Part shown: positions 52,205-64,000 of the stretch, in pieces | Layout: every line of letters begins with the position of its first letter | Position numbering within the stretch: the stretch's first letter is position 1 | NCBI GenBank assembly: GCA_037447605.1 | Contig: CM074806.1 | Span: 3,038,001-3,102,000, forward strand | Reading direction: 5' to 3' | Origin: Zygnema circumcarinatum SAG 698-1b | Lineage: Eukaryota > Plantae > Zygnematophyceae | Length of the DNA: 64,000 nt | Notes under the pieces: model-generated | The model's database searches: none | What the model was told of the DNA's origin: nothing | The model's input: the letters and a program-made list of their open reading frames with translations, nothing else | Program-made: the position numbers and the translations under genes

Positions 52205-53519
52205 GGGAGATACGGGGGACGAGGGAACCATCAACACCCTATACTATGGGCTTGTTGATATCGAGGTTTTGACTAAAATTAGATCGGATGATTAGGCGAC
52301 CAAACGTCGTGTGAAGCTTTGTATCATGGGGTAGATTGTCATTCACTGATGAAGTAATTGTGGAACGGAGGCTCGTTGTTGACCTTGGCTTGGACCTTTT
52401 TGTCCATATCCAGTTGGAGGCAGTCCTTATTCTAGCCTGTGTTAGTGATTTCTGCTGGGACTAAATGCATCATTGATGGCAAAACCTCAACAGCGAGCAA
52501 GTCATGCAAGTAATTCCTTGCCTTACTTTGGGTATGGGAGAATACATCGTATAACAACTCGGTTCTAAGGGCAGCCGTCGTGAATGTCGGCAGTGCGGAG
52601 CACGTGAGGAGAGACTTTCATCTTTCTTAGTGGCGATTGTTTGAGCACAATTTGCACTCTTCCGCGTCTATGTACAACAATAAGAACCTGCATATGTTGC
52701 TAATTCGGAAATTCTTATCGTGAATGACAACTGTCCTCCAGATAAATTTTAGCTAACCGTTGGATACGCCACGTGTACACGAGCAAGCTGACACTTGTGA
52801 AGGATTTGGGATCTGACTGTTGAATATTCTACGTGTAAACACGCGACGACTGCCACGTGCGACAGGTTTGGGATTTGCATATTTCAAGATGCAGGCCCAA
52901 CCACCACCGCATGCACCATGTCTTCTGGGGGTCTATCTGTAATATGGCGGAGGTAAGGACATTTTTTTTTCTCCCAAATGAATGAAGTGGATGTAGTCAA
53001 TGGTGATGGAAGTCTTTTTAAAAGAGGAGTCTTCATTCAAATGGCGGGTGCTAGTTGCCGAATCAGCGTAGATGTGATACAGAGTGTCTAAAAGAAATTG
53101 TCTAGAATGGGAAAGGATTTGAAGGTCTACGGACGTTCTACTTCCCTGCCATTAGACGATTATTCTTTTATATGTAATTGACAGCAATTGTGGGATGATG
53201 AGTTTTTTCCAAAGTTCAGTGTCAAACACATGTCCACTTCAAAATGACAAATCAAAATAATACACAAGAGTAAGAGTGAGACACAAAAATGTAAGACGAG
53301 ATCTAACACAGAGTAAGAAAATCATCTTACGAACAATTACTTTGTGAACGACAGCCAAAGGTTCTTGAAGTCGGTGATCCCTAACTTCAACTTCTTGCGG
53401 CAGAAGGGACGGTGAGATCCGCAGCGCCCGAAACCTCGCCAGGGGATGTGCGGGGAATTGCAAAATGAAGTAACGCCTGCGCCTGGCTAGAGAGCAGCAA
53501 AAAAGGGAATTTCCCGGTG

Positions 53520-53600
53520 TGATGACAGTGGGATTTGAACCCACGCCCTTTCGGACAGGAACCTTAATCCTGCGCCTTAGACCAACTCGGCCATATCATC
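53520..53600 (-). tRNA. trnL-AAG: tRNA-Leu (anticodon AAG)
   Basis: The reverse complement GATGATATGGCCGAGTTGGTCTAAGGCGCAGGATTAAGGTTCCTGTCCGAAAGGGCGTGGGTTCAAATCCCACTGTCATCA folds into a cloverleaf with a variable arm, A and B boxes and anticodon loop TTAAGGT. A T6 Pol III terminator lies ~15 nt downstream. Confidence 0.97.
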
Positions 53601-54088
53601 TTTGCCATGACGGCATTGATTAATTACAATTTATATACTAACACATTCATAAAATACCCTTAATATACTAAAATCGCAAAAACTCGAGGGAGAAAGCGTG
53701 AATCACATGCACGATGAAGAGTACGAGCTTCCAAGCGGTACTCCCATCGCCAATTCACCTCTCATGTTAAAAAAACAAGTGTTCCGTTTTCCAACATTCC
53801 GCTCATAGCCAATACTCTGTTGACATATTATTTATGTGTTCGCGACAACATCACATTTGTTCAATAGTTGCCATTTTTTCATGTAAATTTGATGGTGTCG
53901 CCGTCATGAGGCCAGTGCCATCCCTTTTCCAAAACTGATGTTTGGCAGAAGGCTACGCCAGACAGTACAAACACTAAGAAAAACCAGTTTACTTTGTTGC
54001 AAAATTGAACTAAATTCAAACATATTAATGTGTACAACTCCAAAGGAACCTTCTATTCCCAAACCTCCATAGCGCATTTCGAATACAG

Positions 54089-55691
54089 TCACGAGGTAAA
54101 GTCACCCCACTCATCTTTCGACTCGTCGTCATTATCATTTACCCCTTGCATTTTCAACGGTTCCGCCTTTGGCTCAAATTTCTCAGCTGCTGGAAGATCA
54201 TGTGAAGTCAATGGCAACGCAATTCTTCCACCAGGATCCCTCTCTGGGATCGTCAAATGATCACTTAACATAAATGAGAGGTCACTGACACCCCTTAAGG
54301 TTTTCTCCACCTCCGCTGAGTCCATTCCCGTTGAAGCTGATGGGGGGGTATGCTCCATAGCAGACGCCAATGCCTCAAGGCCACTCAGTTGACTAAAGAA
54401 GTCCTCCTTGCCATTCATGCTCGCCAGTCCGGTGTTCGGACCATGGATAGGACTGCAGCTCATATAACAGGGGGAGGGTCTAAGCAGCATTTTTTGGCTC
54501 AACAACATAGACGACTTCAAGGATTTATAGTGGCTCACACAGCTTCACACGGCTTCTCAACCGTTTATATAGCTCTACATAGACAAACAGAGTTGCCGCG
54601 TTGTTTAGGAGCAAACACTTTTGATCCATGCAACCTTCCACAGTAGCTCTTAAAGTACCGCCGCTATAAAAGGAAAGGAAATTCTGTGGTCAAGAGAAGA
54701 GCTGACCTGCTGTTTGGCGAGTGGGAGCCGAACATGTGTAAGTTCATAGAAGACCCTGTGAATGAAGCGGATCGCGACATATGGACAGGGGCAAGCGCTG
54801 CAGCAGCATTGCCCCCAAGGAAAAAGTCGTCTTGAAGAACATCTCCACGAGCTACAGGCTCCTCTGCTGCTGCTCCAGTTGACTCCGCTTCAGAAACAAA
54901 TATTGTCGATGACCGAGATGAGGACTTCCCCTGAGATAAAAGGGACAAGACAACGAATTTCAGAAGTTCAGAATTGGAGGGATGATCTGGAAAGAAGAAA
55001 AGCTTTAGATTTTTCATATAGAATCGCACCTTTATCTAGTATGGTAATTCACTCACCACATGACAACGCTGAATTCCAGACATAGCGTTACCCTACAAGA
55101 ATAAATATATCTCACTTCTTTAACGCTAGGCGGAAACGGAGAAGGGTGAAAGATCGCAAATCAAATGTCCTAAATGCGTGGTGTAGGCTGGTCCAAATAG
55201 TCTCAACAGTCCAAACTCCCAATCATGTCCAATACGCTTGGCAGGTCTGTCATATTCACTCCGGACAGTCCTTCCGCAATAGATGGTGCTTCATCGTTCC
55301 CGATTCTTGCAACCCTAAAAACTCATCACAGGCTTTGAGCACTTACTGTTTCTCCCTGCAGGCCCAGCGATGCTACGAACCTCCTCTCCGCAAGCGATCC
55401 GCGGAACTCCCACTGCGCGCCAGCTGGCGCCGGGCGGAGGGCCTTCCCACAGGCGAGGCAGAGGCGCGGGGCGGAGGGGCGGGCGAGAGGGACGGCGCAG
55501 AAGGGGCAGCTGACGGGGTTTCCAAGAGCTCCTAAGAGTTCCGGGAGGGTTTTTAAGGGGGGCGAGTCCTCGGTGGAGGCAAAGCATCCATGGATGATGG
55601 AGGGTGTGTCTGGAACAGCTTCATGCAGGAGGGAGCGAATGGAAGAGAGATCAAGGGGAGGATGCGGCGCTGCTGCAGCGGGAGTCGCCAT
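54089..55691 (-). CDS. Uncharacterised protein with N-terminal CxxC..CxxC Zn-ribbon and acidic C-terminal WGDF motif
   Basis: Exons 55691-55347, 54930-54707 and 54452-54089 join in frame (an additional exon is possible). Motifs: CPFCAVPL..LCLACG..FRGSLAERRFVASLGLQGET and C-terminal DDESKDEWGDFTS*. From memory it resembles a conserved plant DUF family; this is not verified. Confidence 0.7.
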
Positions 55692-56008
55692 GGAAAGACG
55701 AGAGGGAAAAGGACGGGGATAGAAGAAAGGACTTATTTGCAAGGGTCAAAGCGATTCATGAAATGAGGCATTGGGTGGTGCATTCTATGCATGTGAAAGG
55801 ACCGGGGGAGAGGGATTTTTACCAGACAATAAGCTTTCAAAGGTTTCAGCCTAGAGGTTTCTCTGAGGAGTTACCGGAGGTTGCAGCGGATGACGAGAGA
55901 CGGCAGCCATGGATGCCCGCATGGGTCTACTGCAACCTCCAGCCATTGGCGCTGTTCCATGTGAGGCCTCTCGAACTGGAATTGCGATAAAAAATTAATA
56001 TCCCTGTC

Positions 56009-56235
56009 CTAGTTCCAGTTCCAACGTCAGTTCAGTTCCATTTCCAGTTCCATTTCCAGTTCCAACAACAGACTAGTCACAGTTCCAGTTTTAGTTAAAG
56101 TCACAGTTCTAATTCCAGTTCAAGTTCAGTTTTAGTTCCAGTTCCAGTTACAGCTACACAACGCTTCCAGTCCCTTGTTTTCCCAGTTGCAGTTTAGTCG
56201 CAGTTCCAGTTACGCCCGCAGTTTCATCCAGTTTT
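56009..56235 (+). repeat. Degenerate (CCAGTT)n / (TCAGTT)n hexamer satellite
   Basis: ctagttccagttcc..cagttcagttcc..ccagttttagtt..ttccagttccagtt, roughly 30 degenerate units. Confidence 0.85.
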
Positions 56236-57655
56236 AGAAAACTTACTTCATGTAAATAGATTTACAGTTACCGTAAAGTATCGTATTCGCAACGGTTTTT
56301 TCATGTGATTGATATTCGGCACATTTGGGTCTAGTACATTTTCGCTCGGATGGCCATCTGTGCAGAGTACTTTTTCTCGTCTTAGATTGAAATGAATTTT
56401 TCTCGCAGTACTGTACTCCTAAGACAGTTTAACTGCGACTAACCCATGATATGGAAACGGACGTCGGCCAGGGCGCAGGGCAGGACCAGCTGCAGAAACC
56501 GAAGGTAAAAAACATTAGGACGACGTGGCAGTTCAACTTGGCAACTTTAACGGAAGTAGATCCGCCGATGGCGAGCCGCCGGGGCCAGATTCAACGCTCG
56601 CCACAGTCCAACGATTTCCGTGAAGCGCGGCGGGGGCGTCGGGGGGGCCAATAGGCGGTCCTCCTCGCACGTGCGATGGCAGCCCCGGGGCGCGCAGCGC
56701 TGCTCTCTGCGGGGCACGTGTCGATCCTGGGGGAGAGACAGGCTGCCCGCCAGCTGGCAGCTTCTCGTGGCTTGCTGCTTTCTCAGAGGGGCGCTTTGAA
56801 TCAGCGGACGTCGACGGGCAGCTCGCGGCCATGGCGGGTGAGCGGCATTGAGAGGGAGAGGAGGGAGGGAGGGAGGCGGGGTACAGAGGGGAGAGGGGGA
56901 AAGAGGAGGAGAGGGAGCGGAGAAGGGAGTGGATGGAGATGCAAGTAGGGGGGAGTAAACGGAAGTGCTGCCGGACACTGATTGCGGTGAAGTTAAGAAT
57001 TTGTATAACGGGAAGTTAGTGCATTCGTTTTTCTGTGCATCATAGTTTTTTTCGTCAAGTATGTAGCCTATTCTTTCTTTTCCGACTCCCTTTTTCACTG
57101 AGTATTTTGCAGTATTGTGGTTGCAGTATAGCCTTTTCTTCAAGTTTTTTAATTTATGAGCAAAATACAAATCGTGCTGAAAAGACATCCTTCTTTTTTC
57201 CTTGTGGTGCGCCCACAAACGAACAAATCTTTCTTTGTCAATCTACGAAAGCGTGTGAAAATGGCCTACTTCTGGTCGCATTGAAATAAAGCCTTGGATT
57301 AAAAAAAGTACCAATTCTGAAGTAAACCTCCGTATTTGAGAAATTAAGGCTTTCTACGACATTTTTTTATGTTTTGCCTCTTCATTTTTTTTGAGAAACC
57401 AAAATACACGTACATCACTCCTTAACTATGATCAGAAAAACCATCAAACAAGTTGTTAATGGTTTAAAAACCATGGTCTTGAATGCAGTTTAGCCTCTAC
57501 TCGGATCCCCAAAAGGCCGCTAAAGCACAGAGCTTTACTAGTCTTGAGTCTTCATTGCGAAACCCCATTCCGTGCCACCTTCATCCGGCAAACTGCAAAA
57601 CTAGTTTGCATTTTTTATCCGACTTTTGGGTGCGGCGTACTCTTCTGTTCGAGCT

Positions 57656-60642
57656 ATGAGTGCTGCCGGGAATGAGCCGGATGGTGAAAGTGCGGTCGTG
57701 ACGCCTCAGTGGCTCGGCGCAAACCTAAATAATGTCAAGGTAAGGATTCTCAGCAGATGTTTTTTTTAGGGTTGGAAAAGGCTAACTGGAGAAGTTACTG
57801 ACCTTTTCTCTACTTCAAGCACTCTTCCCTTCACTCTCTCTCCCCCCCCTTGACCTTCCCTCATCCCCTTCACCCCCCCCCTATTCTTTCCATTTTGCTT
57901 CGTTTCTCACACTTCTCGTTTGACCCCTACCAATCTCTCTCCACCTCTTTTCCCCATCGCTCTTCTCCTTTTCTCGCGTTTCTCTCATGTCTCTCACTCT
58001 CAGTGTTCTCTCTCTCCTTGTGTTGCCTCTTCCCTTCCTCAAATAACTGTGTGCGCACTCTTGTGTTCGTTTTTGGGGACAATTGCATCCTGCACGCCCT
58101 GCTAATGTTTTGTTCGGGGACTGCTTCAGATTTTGGACTCGTCTTGGTACATGCCAGCGGAGAAGCGCCATCCATTAACCGAATTCCAGGTCAGCTGGTT
58201 AAGTAAACTTTTCCGCGGTGTGCGCCCTTCACTCAGGTCTGTAACTGAATGACTGTCTTGGAAGAATACAACAATCATGGGAAGGCTCTTCATTATGGGC
58301 ACGTGTTGGGGTTGGAGCCGCATCCTCAGGATGGGCGCATCCCGGGGGCGCTGTTTTTTGACATTGATGCGATCAAGGACCCAAACACAGATGTGAGTAA
58401 GGTTCAAAAAAGTGCCCATTTGTCTTTTTGCGCACTGTTTACATTTTAAAAAATGAGAAGAACCGTTCCTAGCTCATGTTTCAGCTATCATGCACTCTTT
58501 CCATCTTGCTTTTAGGAGTTCTCTGAAAAGGTTGGATGCTTACCAAAAAGGCACTCCTGAGTGAGTGAGTGGGGCGTTCTCACTCTCACTCTCGAATTTA
58601 TGCGTGCTATTGTATTCCTAATTCTTTTCGTGCGTGTTTGTAGATGCCTCATATGCTGCCCTCAGAAGCTGCTTTTTCAGCGGCAGCTTCAACACTTGGG
58701 CTAACAAATGATGACCCAATTGTGGTGTACGACAAATCAGGAATATTTAGTGCTGCCCGAGCTTGGTGGTCAGTGCCCATAATCAAATTTTCGAGATTTT
58801 TCCCTTTTAGTTCTCCGTCTTGTTTACCACCCCCCCCCCCCTCTCCCCGCTTCCCTCCCCTCGCACCTTCCATAACCTTACTTTCCATTCCTTTATCAAG
58901 AGAGGGCGATACAGGCTCACTTTTTCAGAATTCTGTTTGCTGGGAAAATCGGACAGGATGTTCCGAGTTTTTGGGCACCAAAAAGTTTGGGTCCTGCTTG
59001 GAGGATACCCCAAATATGTGGCTTTAGGTCTGCCCGTGGACTCGGGCAGTGCTGAAAAAGAAGTGGCGCAAGCAGCTGCCGCAGCCGAAGCTGTGAAGGC
59101 TCATCACAGCAGCGAACCCGTTGAGGTGAAAAATTTTCAACTTTGGGCCTTTTTTTCTCCTCTGTTTTGCTGTTCTTGTGGTTTTGTGCTGCAATTCTCT
59201 GTGCAACCTTTCTTGCTCACATTTTACGGATTTTTTTCCGGCCTTTGTGCAGTTGACACGTGGCAGCTATCAAGCCAAGCTTCAGCCACATCTGTTGTGG
59301 TCAATCGATCAGGTCTCTCACGCCTGTTCCACCTCAACTCACTTTCTTTCCCGTCTATTTTTGCCACCAGTATCGGTAGCCCGCGTCTCTTTCTCTCTTT
59401 TCTCCCTCCCTCTCTCTTTCTCTTGCTCTTTATATCTAAGAAGAGATGTCCATACTGCACTTGATCTACAGAACTTGACTTGCCTTTACTGAAAATGAGG
59501 ACTCCCCTCCTCATGCCACCAACAGGTTCTTGAAAATCTGACGAGCCATTCCCATCAGCTCGTGGATGCAAGATCCGCTGGGCGGTAAGTGCAGCATTTG
59601 TTTCTAATCGCAATGCCTCCAATTGCCGTAGTTCCACGACTAAATTGGACATGGTTTCAACCTTCTCTTCATGTTTATTCGAGTTCTTTGGTGCCAAGTT
59701 CACTTGCGAAAGGCAGCATTAGAGCACCCGGCTTAAAAATGTTTAAAAATTTGAGTAAGGGTGGAGTTCATCAAGCGCAATCTATAGTCGATCTTTGTGT
59801 TCATGTTTTGAAACGTGTGCAGATTCATCGGGGTTGATCCAGAGCCAAGGGCGGGAATACGAGGAGGCCATATTCCTGGTAGTGCAAACGTGCCATTTCC
59901 AAAAGTAAGTTCATCACCACCTCAAGTGCCCGCCCCCACCCCCCTCCTTCATCTCTCCTTGTTTCGTTCCTCCCTTTCTCTCTCTGTGTCTACCCCTCCC
60001 CCCCTCTCCCTCTACCCAACACTCACACCCTTCTTACAGACTCAGAGCAATCAACTTATGTTTGGAAGCGGGTACAGGTGCTAACTTCAGAAAAGTTTCT
60101 TCGCGATCCAGTGGAACTCAATGCAATTTTTGAGACCGCAGGTGAGGACGGGTCTCTGTTTACGTTCTCGCTAATGTCGTCCAAGCGCAGTGCTGCAGAC
60201 ACTCACACTTATTTCCACCACTTTATGATAGCGAGCCGCCTCCTGCTTTGTGTTTTGTGTTTCCCTCAGGGTTGGCGTTAGACCGCCCGGTGGTGGCGTC
60301 ATGCGGGACAGGTGTCACAGCATGCGTTCTTGCACTTGTAAGAAGATCTCTCTCCTTCAAATCTTCAAATTCACCTTCTTGTGCAAGGAGCTTGCAAATG
60401 TGGTCCTGAATGTGAGTGTGTCCTTTCGTTGGGCATCCCGTTAGCGAAAGTATGGAGAGAGGGAGGAAGTGGGAGAGCATAGTTGTGGTATTTGTACTTG
60501 GTAAGGACGGCTGTGTTCGCTGCAGGCCCTGCATGAGGTCGGGAAGAAGGACGTACCCGTCTACGACGGGTCGTGGACGGAGTGGGGCTCTCGAGAGGAC
60601 ACGCCCGTGGCCACTGCGAAGACGGGGCAGGCTTCGAGCTGA
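57656..60642 (+). CDS. MST: 3-mercaptopyruvate/thiosulfate sulfurtransferase (two-domain rhodanese, STR1/STR2-like)
   Basis: Exons 57656-57739, 58130-58189, 58330-58392, 58644-58768, 58957-59125, 59253-59312, 59526-59584, 59823-59904, 60078-60141, 60270-60337 and 60526-60642. Motifs: VTPQWL, LDSSWYMP, RIPGALFFDID, MPHMLP, ARAWWMFRVFGH, DARSAGRF, GHIPGS, active site CGTGVT, YDGSWTEW. Confidence 0.97.
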
Positions 60643-60839
60643 GGCTGGGGGCGGCATGCATGCGTGCATGCTGTTGTTGTACATGAGGACACGCCGTCGA
60701 CACAAGGGATGGGTCCCACGAGTTGTTGTGTACAACTTTTGTTCATAAATGGCATGTTTGGCATTTTGCACCTTGCGTTGTTCGTGCGGCCAAACCCAAA
60801 AGCAGCAGCATTCCGACGAAGGCATTGCGCATCCCCCCC

Positions 60840-62100
60840 TTGGCGCATCACTTTTTGAAGTACGGTACCGTACGGTCCTCTGAGGCGCCCAATTGAGAGC
60901 GCGTGCATGCTGGAGAGGGAAGAAATCCTCAATGCGACTACGACGGTCTTGCCGTACTTTTTCGTACAATACGGCAACCTGGTAGCCGTACCAAGTAAAG
61001 ACTTCCAGGAAAGTTCCTGGATCTCCCTCTGTCTCTTCCCCCCCCCCCTCCCCCTCCCCCTCCTCCCCCTGTTATTGTAAAACGTCACACAACATGGAAC
61101 TGCTACCGCACTGTGTAAAGACGACACTCCGGCACTCTAACGGCGCTGCAACTGAACACTCACTGCCCGTAGACTACTGTATGCGATCTGCATGGAGGTG
61201 CGAGGTTCCATGCCCGTGTGGGCGCCGTTCCACATCATATAACCACGTGTTCCGCGTATGGAACGGCCGTACGCTCGAGCGAGCGCATCTCGCGCGATTC
61301 CCCCTCGCGTGGCGCGGCGGCGAGTGGCGTCATGTTCGTACATTGCGTACGTCATCCGTCAGCCGACCGACCCCGCCATCATTCCCGCACGACAAAAAGA
61401 TTCTCCCCCGCCCCCAGCGCGGCTGTAGCCCTGACCCGCAACTGTAGCGCCGCCGCTGGATCCGTCCATCCACGTCCGGGCGCGCCGCCCTCGTCTGGCG
61501 CCGGGCGGGCGGCTGACCGGGAGGGGGGCGGGGTCGCGGCACATGGCGGGGTCCTGGCTGGCCGGCCGCGCGCACTGAACTGTTGGGGGAGGGCGCTACA
61601 GTGCCGCCCGCGCGAGTCCACCCCGCGGGTCTACCAGCGGGGCTGTACGGCACAAGGCCGTACAGGCTGGCTGGCGGCCCTGCCCCGGGCGGCCCGCCCC
61701 CGCCAGCGCGTGCCGCCCGCGGGGAATCTGCGGGAGCAAGTTGGCGCCGTACCGTACGGAGGGGATGGATCCGCAGCTCGATCGGGCGCGGGCCCGGGCG
61801 GGCGGGCCGCCTCGCTGCGCGTGTTCGCTGGTCTGGGCGGAAAGGAGCCGTACCGTACGGCCTTGCCCACATTGAGGACGCGGACCGCGTGCGCTGGACG
61901 GACGGCAAAAAAAAAACATTCGGATCGCGGCCACGTGGCGCGCGGGGAGGGCGCCGCGTCGCCGTCTGGGGGCCGGGGAGGCGCCCAACTGTCAGGCAGG
62001 CAGGCAGGCACGCAGGCAGGCGTAGGAGGGCGCTGGGCAACGGGGCTGCAAGGGAGGGAGGGAGGGAGGGAGGGAGGGAGGGAGGGAGGCCTGAGGGAAG
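60840..62100. promoter_or_regulatory. GC/CpG-rich intergenic island with CGTAC clusters, short hairpins, (CAGG)n and (GGGA)n tracts
   Basis: Very GC-rich. CCGTACGG occurs at ~60869, ~61752 and ~61853; (CAGG)n at ~61992-62020; (GGGA)~9 at 62052-62088. Confidence 0.5.
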
Positions 62101-62772
62101 GGGACCTACTCTCCTGGCGGTGGCCTTCTTGGGAGAGCTTCACTGAAAAGGGAAGAGGTTTCTAGCAGATGAGTTCTATGTGCAAGAGGCACTTTTGCTG
62201 GCAATCCATGAGCTTTCCTTCTGAGGTTGTTCGATGATCTCATCCTGGCAGTCGCAGCACATGTGCTGCAGCCTATGAAACATCGAACACCTTCTGAGTG
62301 AGTTAGTTGTTTGAGTCCGTCAGGGCATCATGAGTGCGCCTGAAGCCTCTGCTATCTATAGGCTTCCTCAAGCTTTGGATGTATATTCACTTTTGCCGGG
62401 TTATCCGAAAGATTAGGATTTGATTCTTATCGCAATCTCTTTGACAGTAAACAGAGCACTTTTTATGCTGACCATTGCCACAATGCTTCCCTCGATAGTG
62501 AATTTTCCCAGCCTACGTTTTGCTTAAGTCCTATCTCTCTCCCTCAGCTCGTCACATGCTCCGATTGGAACTACTACACTTTAGGAATGTCCGTTATAGA
62601 AAGATAAAGCTCGCCGGTATTGTTGAAAGGCGGTTTCGGAGAGGCCCCCCTACAAATCTGTCAGCTTGCGAAGGAGCTTTCGCTACCCGAAACATTGATG
62701 AAACAATTTGCAAACCTTGTCATCGTGTGGCATCCACCTGAAAAAGTATTCAGCCGCATTGAGACTTCAGGA

Positions 62773-63123
62773 ATGGCCCTGGCAGCTGATGAGGAGTTGC
62801 ATTGCAAAACATGCAGCTGCAAGGGAGAGGCAGCGGAGAGAACTGTCGAGTTAGCGAACACAAACGCTCCGGGATCACTAGTGAGAAGCATGGTTCAGCA
62901 AGCAATGACAATTCAGTTTGTTTTGAATGCCAGCAACGCAGAGGTGGTTACAGCCAGCAGAGGGGCAACGAAAGCATTGGGTTTCAGTCAAGAGGAATTT
63001 TCAGGGGTGAGTTTTGAGAAATGTCTATTGCTTTCTACAGTGTATCGTTGTCCCCCCTCTGATATTCCTCAAGCAGTTGAAACAAAGGAGTCAAAGCACA
63101 GTCAGTTGCATTGTCAGTTGTAG
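62773..63123 (+). CDS. Possible coding exon with PAS-like segment; gene model unresolved
   Basis: Lies within ORF 62620-63123. FVLNASNAEVVTASRGATKALGFSQEEFSG resembles the PAS N-terminal pattern (hhhD..G.h..hN.Ah..hhGY..eEh.G). Downstream exons could not be fixed. Confidence 0.3.
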   Translation: MALAADEELHCKTCSCKGEAAERTVELANTNAPGSLVRSMVQQAMTIQFVLNASNAEVVTASRGATKALGFSQEEFSGVSFEKCLLLSTVYRCPPSDIPQAVETKESKHSQLHCQL

Positions 63124-64000
63124 TGAGGTTTCTCCCTCGCCTTGCCGATTAACTGCTTGCTTGCCATTAGAACAACTTACCTCCACTACTATTGGCCAGT
63201 CTTGTTTCGCCTTTTGGATACATTCACCATGACTTTTGCATTTTGACTTTCCCCAACCGTGCCCATCAATACTGCCTGTCAAACTTCAAGACGGAAACTG
63301 TTAGTTGCACCTTCCGAGATTTTCTCTGCACGCAGCTCCTCTCTTCTTCTTCTTCTTCGCAGGAGTTCACCATTAACGTGTCATGCTCGTGAGAGAAGTT
63401 TTCTGGCTGTTTCGTGTTCGTGGAGCTTCTATAGGATTACCGAATTCCGCTGAACTTGCTGGCTGCACATTCTTTTTTTTATTTTAATGTTCCATTCCCG
63501 AAATGAAAATGTAGTTACTATAGACAACAACAACTTGAACAAGAGTCGTTGTGACGGGCTTGTTCTGCCAACTTGGAATGAGTGGATAATTCAGAAGTAC
63601 CAATTTTAAATCTTCGTTCGTACTGTATAATGACTAGCTTTAGACATTTCAAATTGCAAGGAAGCTGACGGCATTCTGTGTCTATACGTTACGAAAGTTT
63701 GGAAATCATGAAGTCTATCTCCTTAGTCCATTCCCTAACATCTCAATCCAATTCTTCCAATTCTTTCAATTTCTTCTTCAATTTTTTCCTGCCAGACTTT
63801 TGCCCTAACTTCGTAACCACCTTCATTTTCCCTCGTATTGCAACAGGTCTCCCTGCTTAACATGATAGAGGATTTAGCCGTGGAGCAATGGAAAGCTGCT
63901 GTACATAGTCTAACATCAAGAGAACAGGATATCGTCTCTTTCAAGGCACTTCTAGGAAGAAAATCACACATAAAAAATCTGGGGGTACAGGGCAGAGCAG

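Noticed and set aside
56547-57218. 223-aa minus-strand ORF
   Set aside because: It spans an AT-rich block, a polypurine tract and a GC-rich block with patchwork composition. There is no domain, and it lies in the divergent promoter interval.
60561-62165. Long ORFs (188-315 aa) on both strands in the GC island
   Set aside because: They have low-complexity R/G/A/P composition expected from very high GC, and overlapping frames with no recognisable motif.
63700-63971. Possible terminal exon of a minus-strand gene entering from beyond the window (K/E-rich frames)
   Set aside because: Three plausible frames exist and no motif fixes one. It cannot be supported without flanking sequence.

Overview
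Eukaryotic, intron-rich, gene-dense nuclear DNA. The gene set points to a green-lineage streptophyte, most likely a streptophyte alga or early-diverging plant; this is inferred, not identified. Reconstructing splice junctions by hand gives nine well-supported multi-exon protein genes: a GT34 xyloglucan-xylosyltransferase-like gene (5' end outside the window), plastid DEAD-box helicase RH3, a UapA-type NCS2 purine permease, a PPR-SMR protein (SVR7/ATP4/SOT1-like), a MinE-like plastid division protein, a RIN4/NOI-like protein with four NOI motifs and a C-terminal CCVIL, signal peptidase SEC11, an RNF10/Mag2-like RING ligase with a PAM2 motif, and a mercaptopyruvate sulfurtransferase. There are also an uncharacterised Zn-ribbon protein, a small orphan single-pass membrane protein, two low-confidence genes and one tRNA-Leu(AAG). 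Intergenic DNA is GC/CpG-rich and enriched for CGTAC motifs. The most structured non-coding feature is at 32.7-35.7 kb, directly upstream of the NOI gene. It contains a degenerate telomere-like tract, an 11x23-bp minisatellite, a perfect 15-bp hairpin, and a nested set of non-autonomous elements: an hAT-like MITE (8-bp TSD) inside a Tc1/mariner-like MITE (TA TSD), sitting at the symmetry centre of a foldback built from palindromic AACCAGT/ACTGGTT units. A separate MULE-like MITE (9-bp TSD) lies at 5.4-5.8 kb. There is no transposase, CRISPR array or prokaryotic system. All homology calls come from remembered family motifs; no searches were run.
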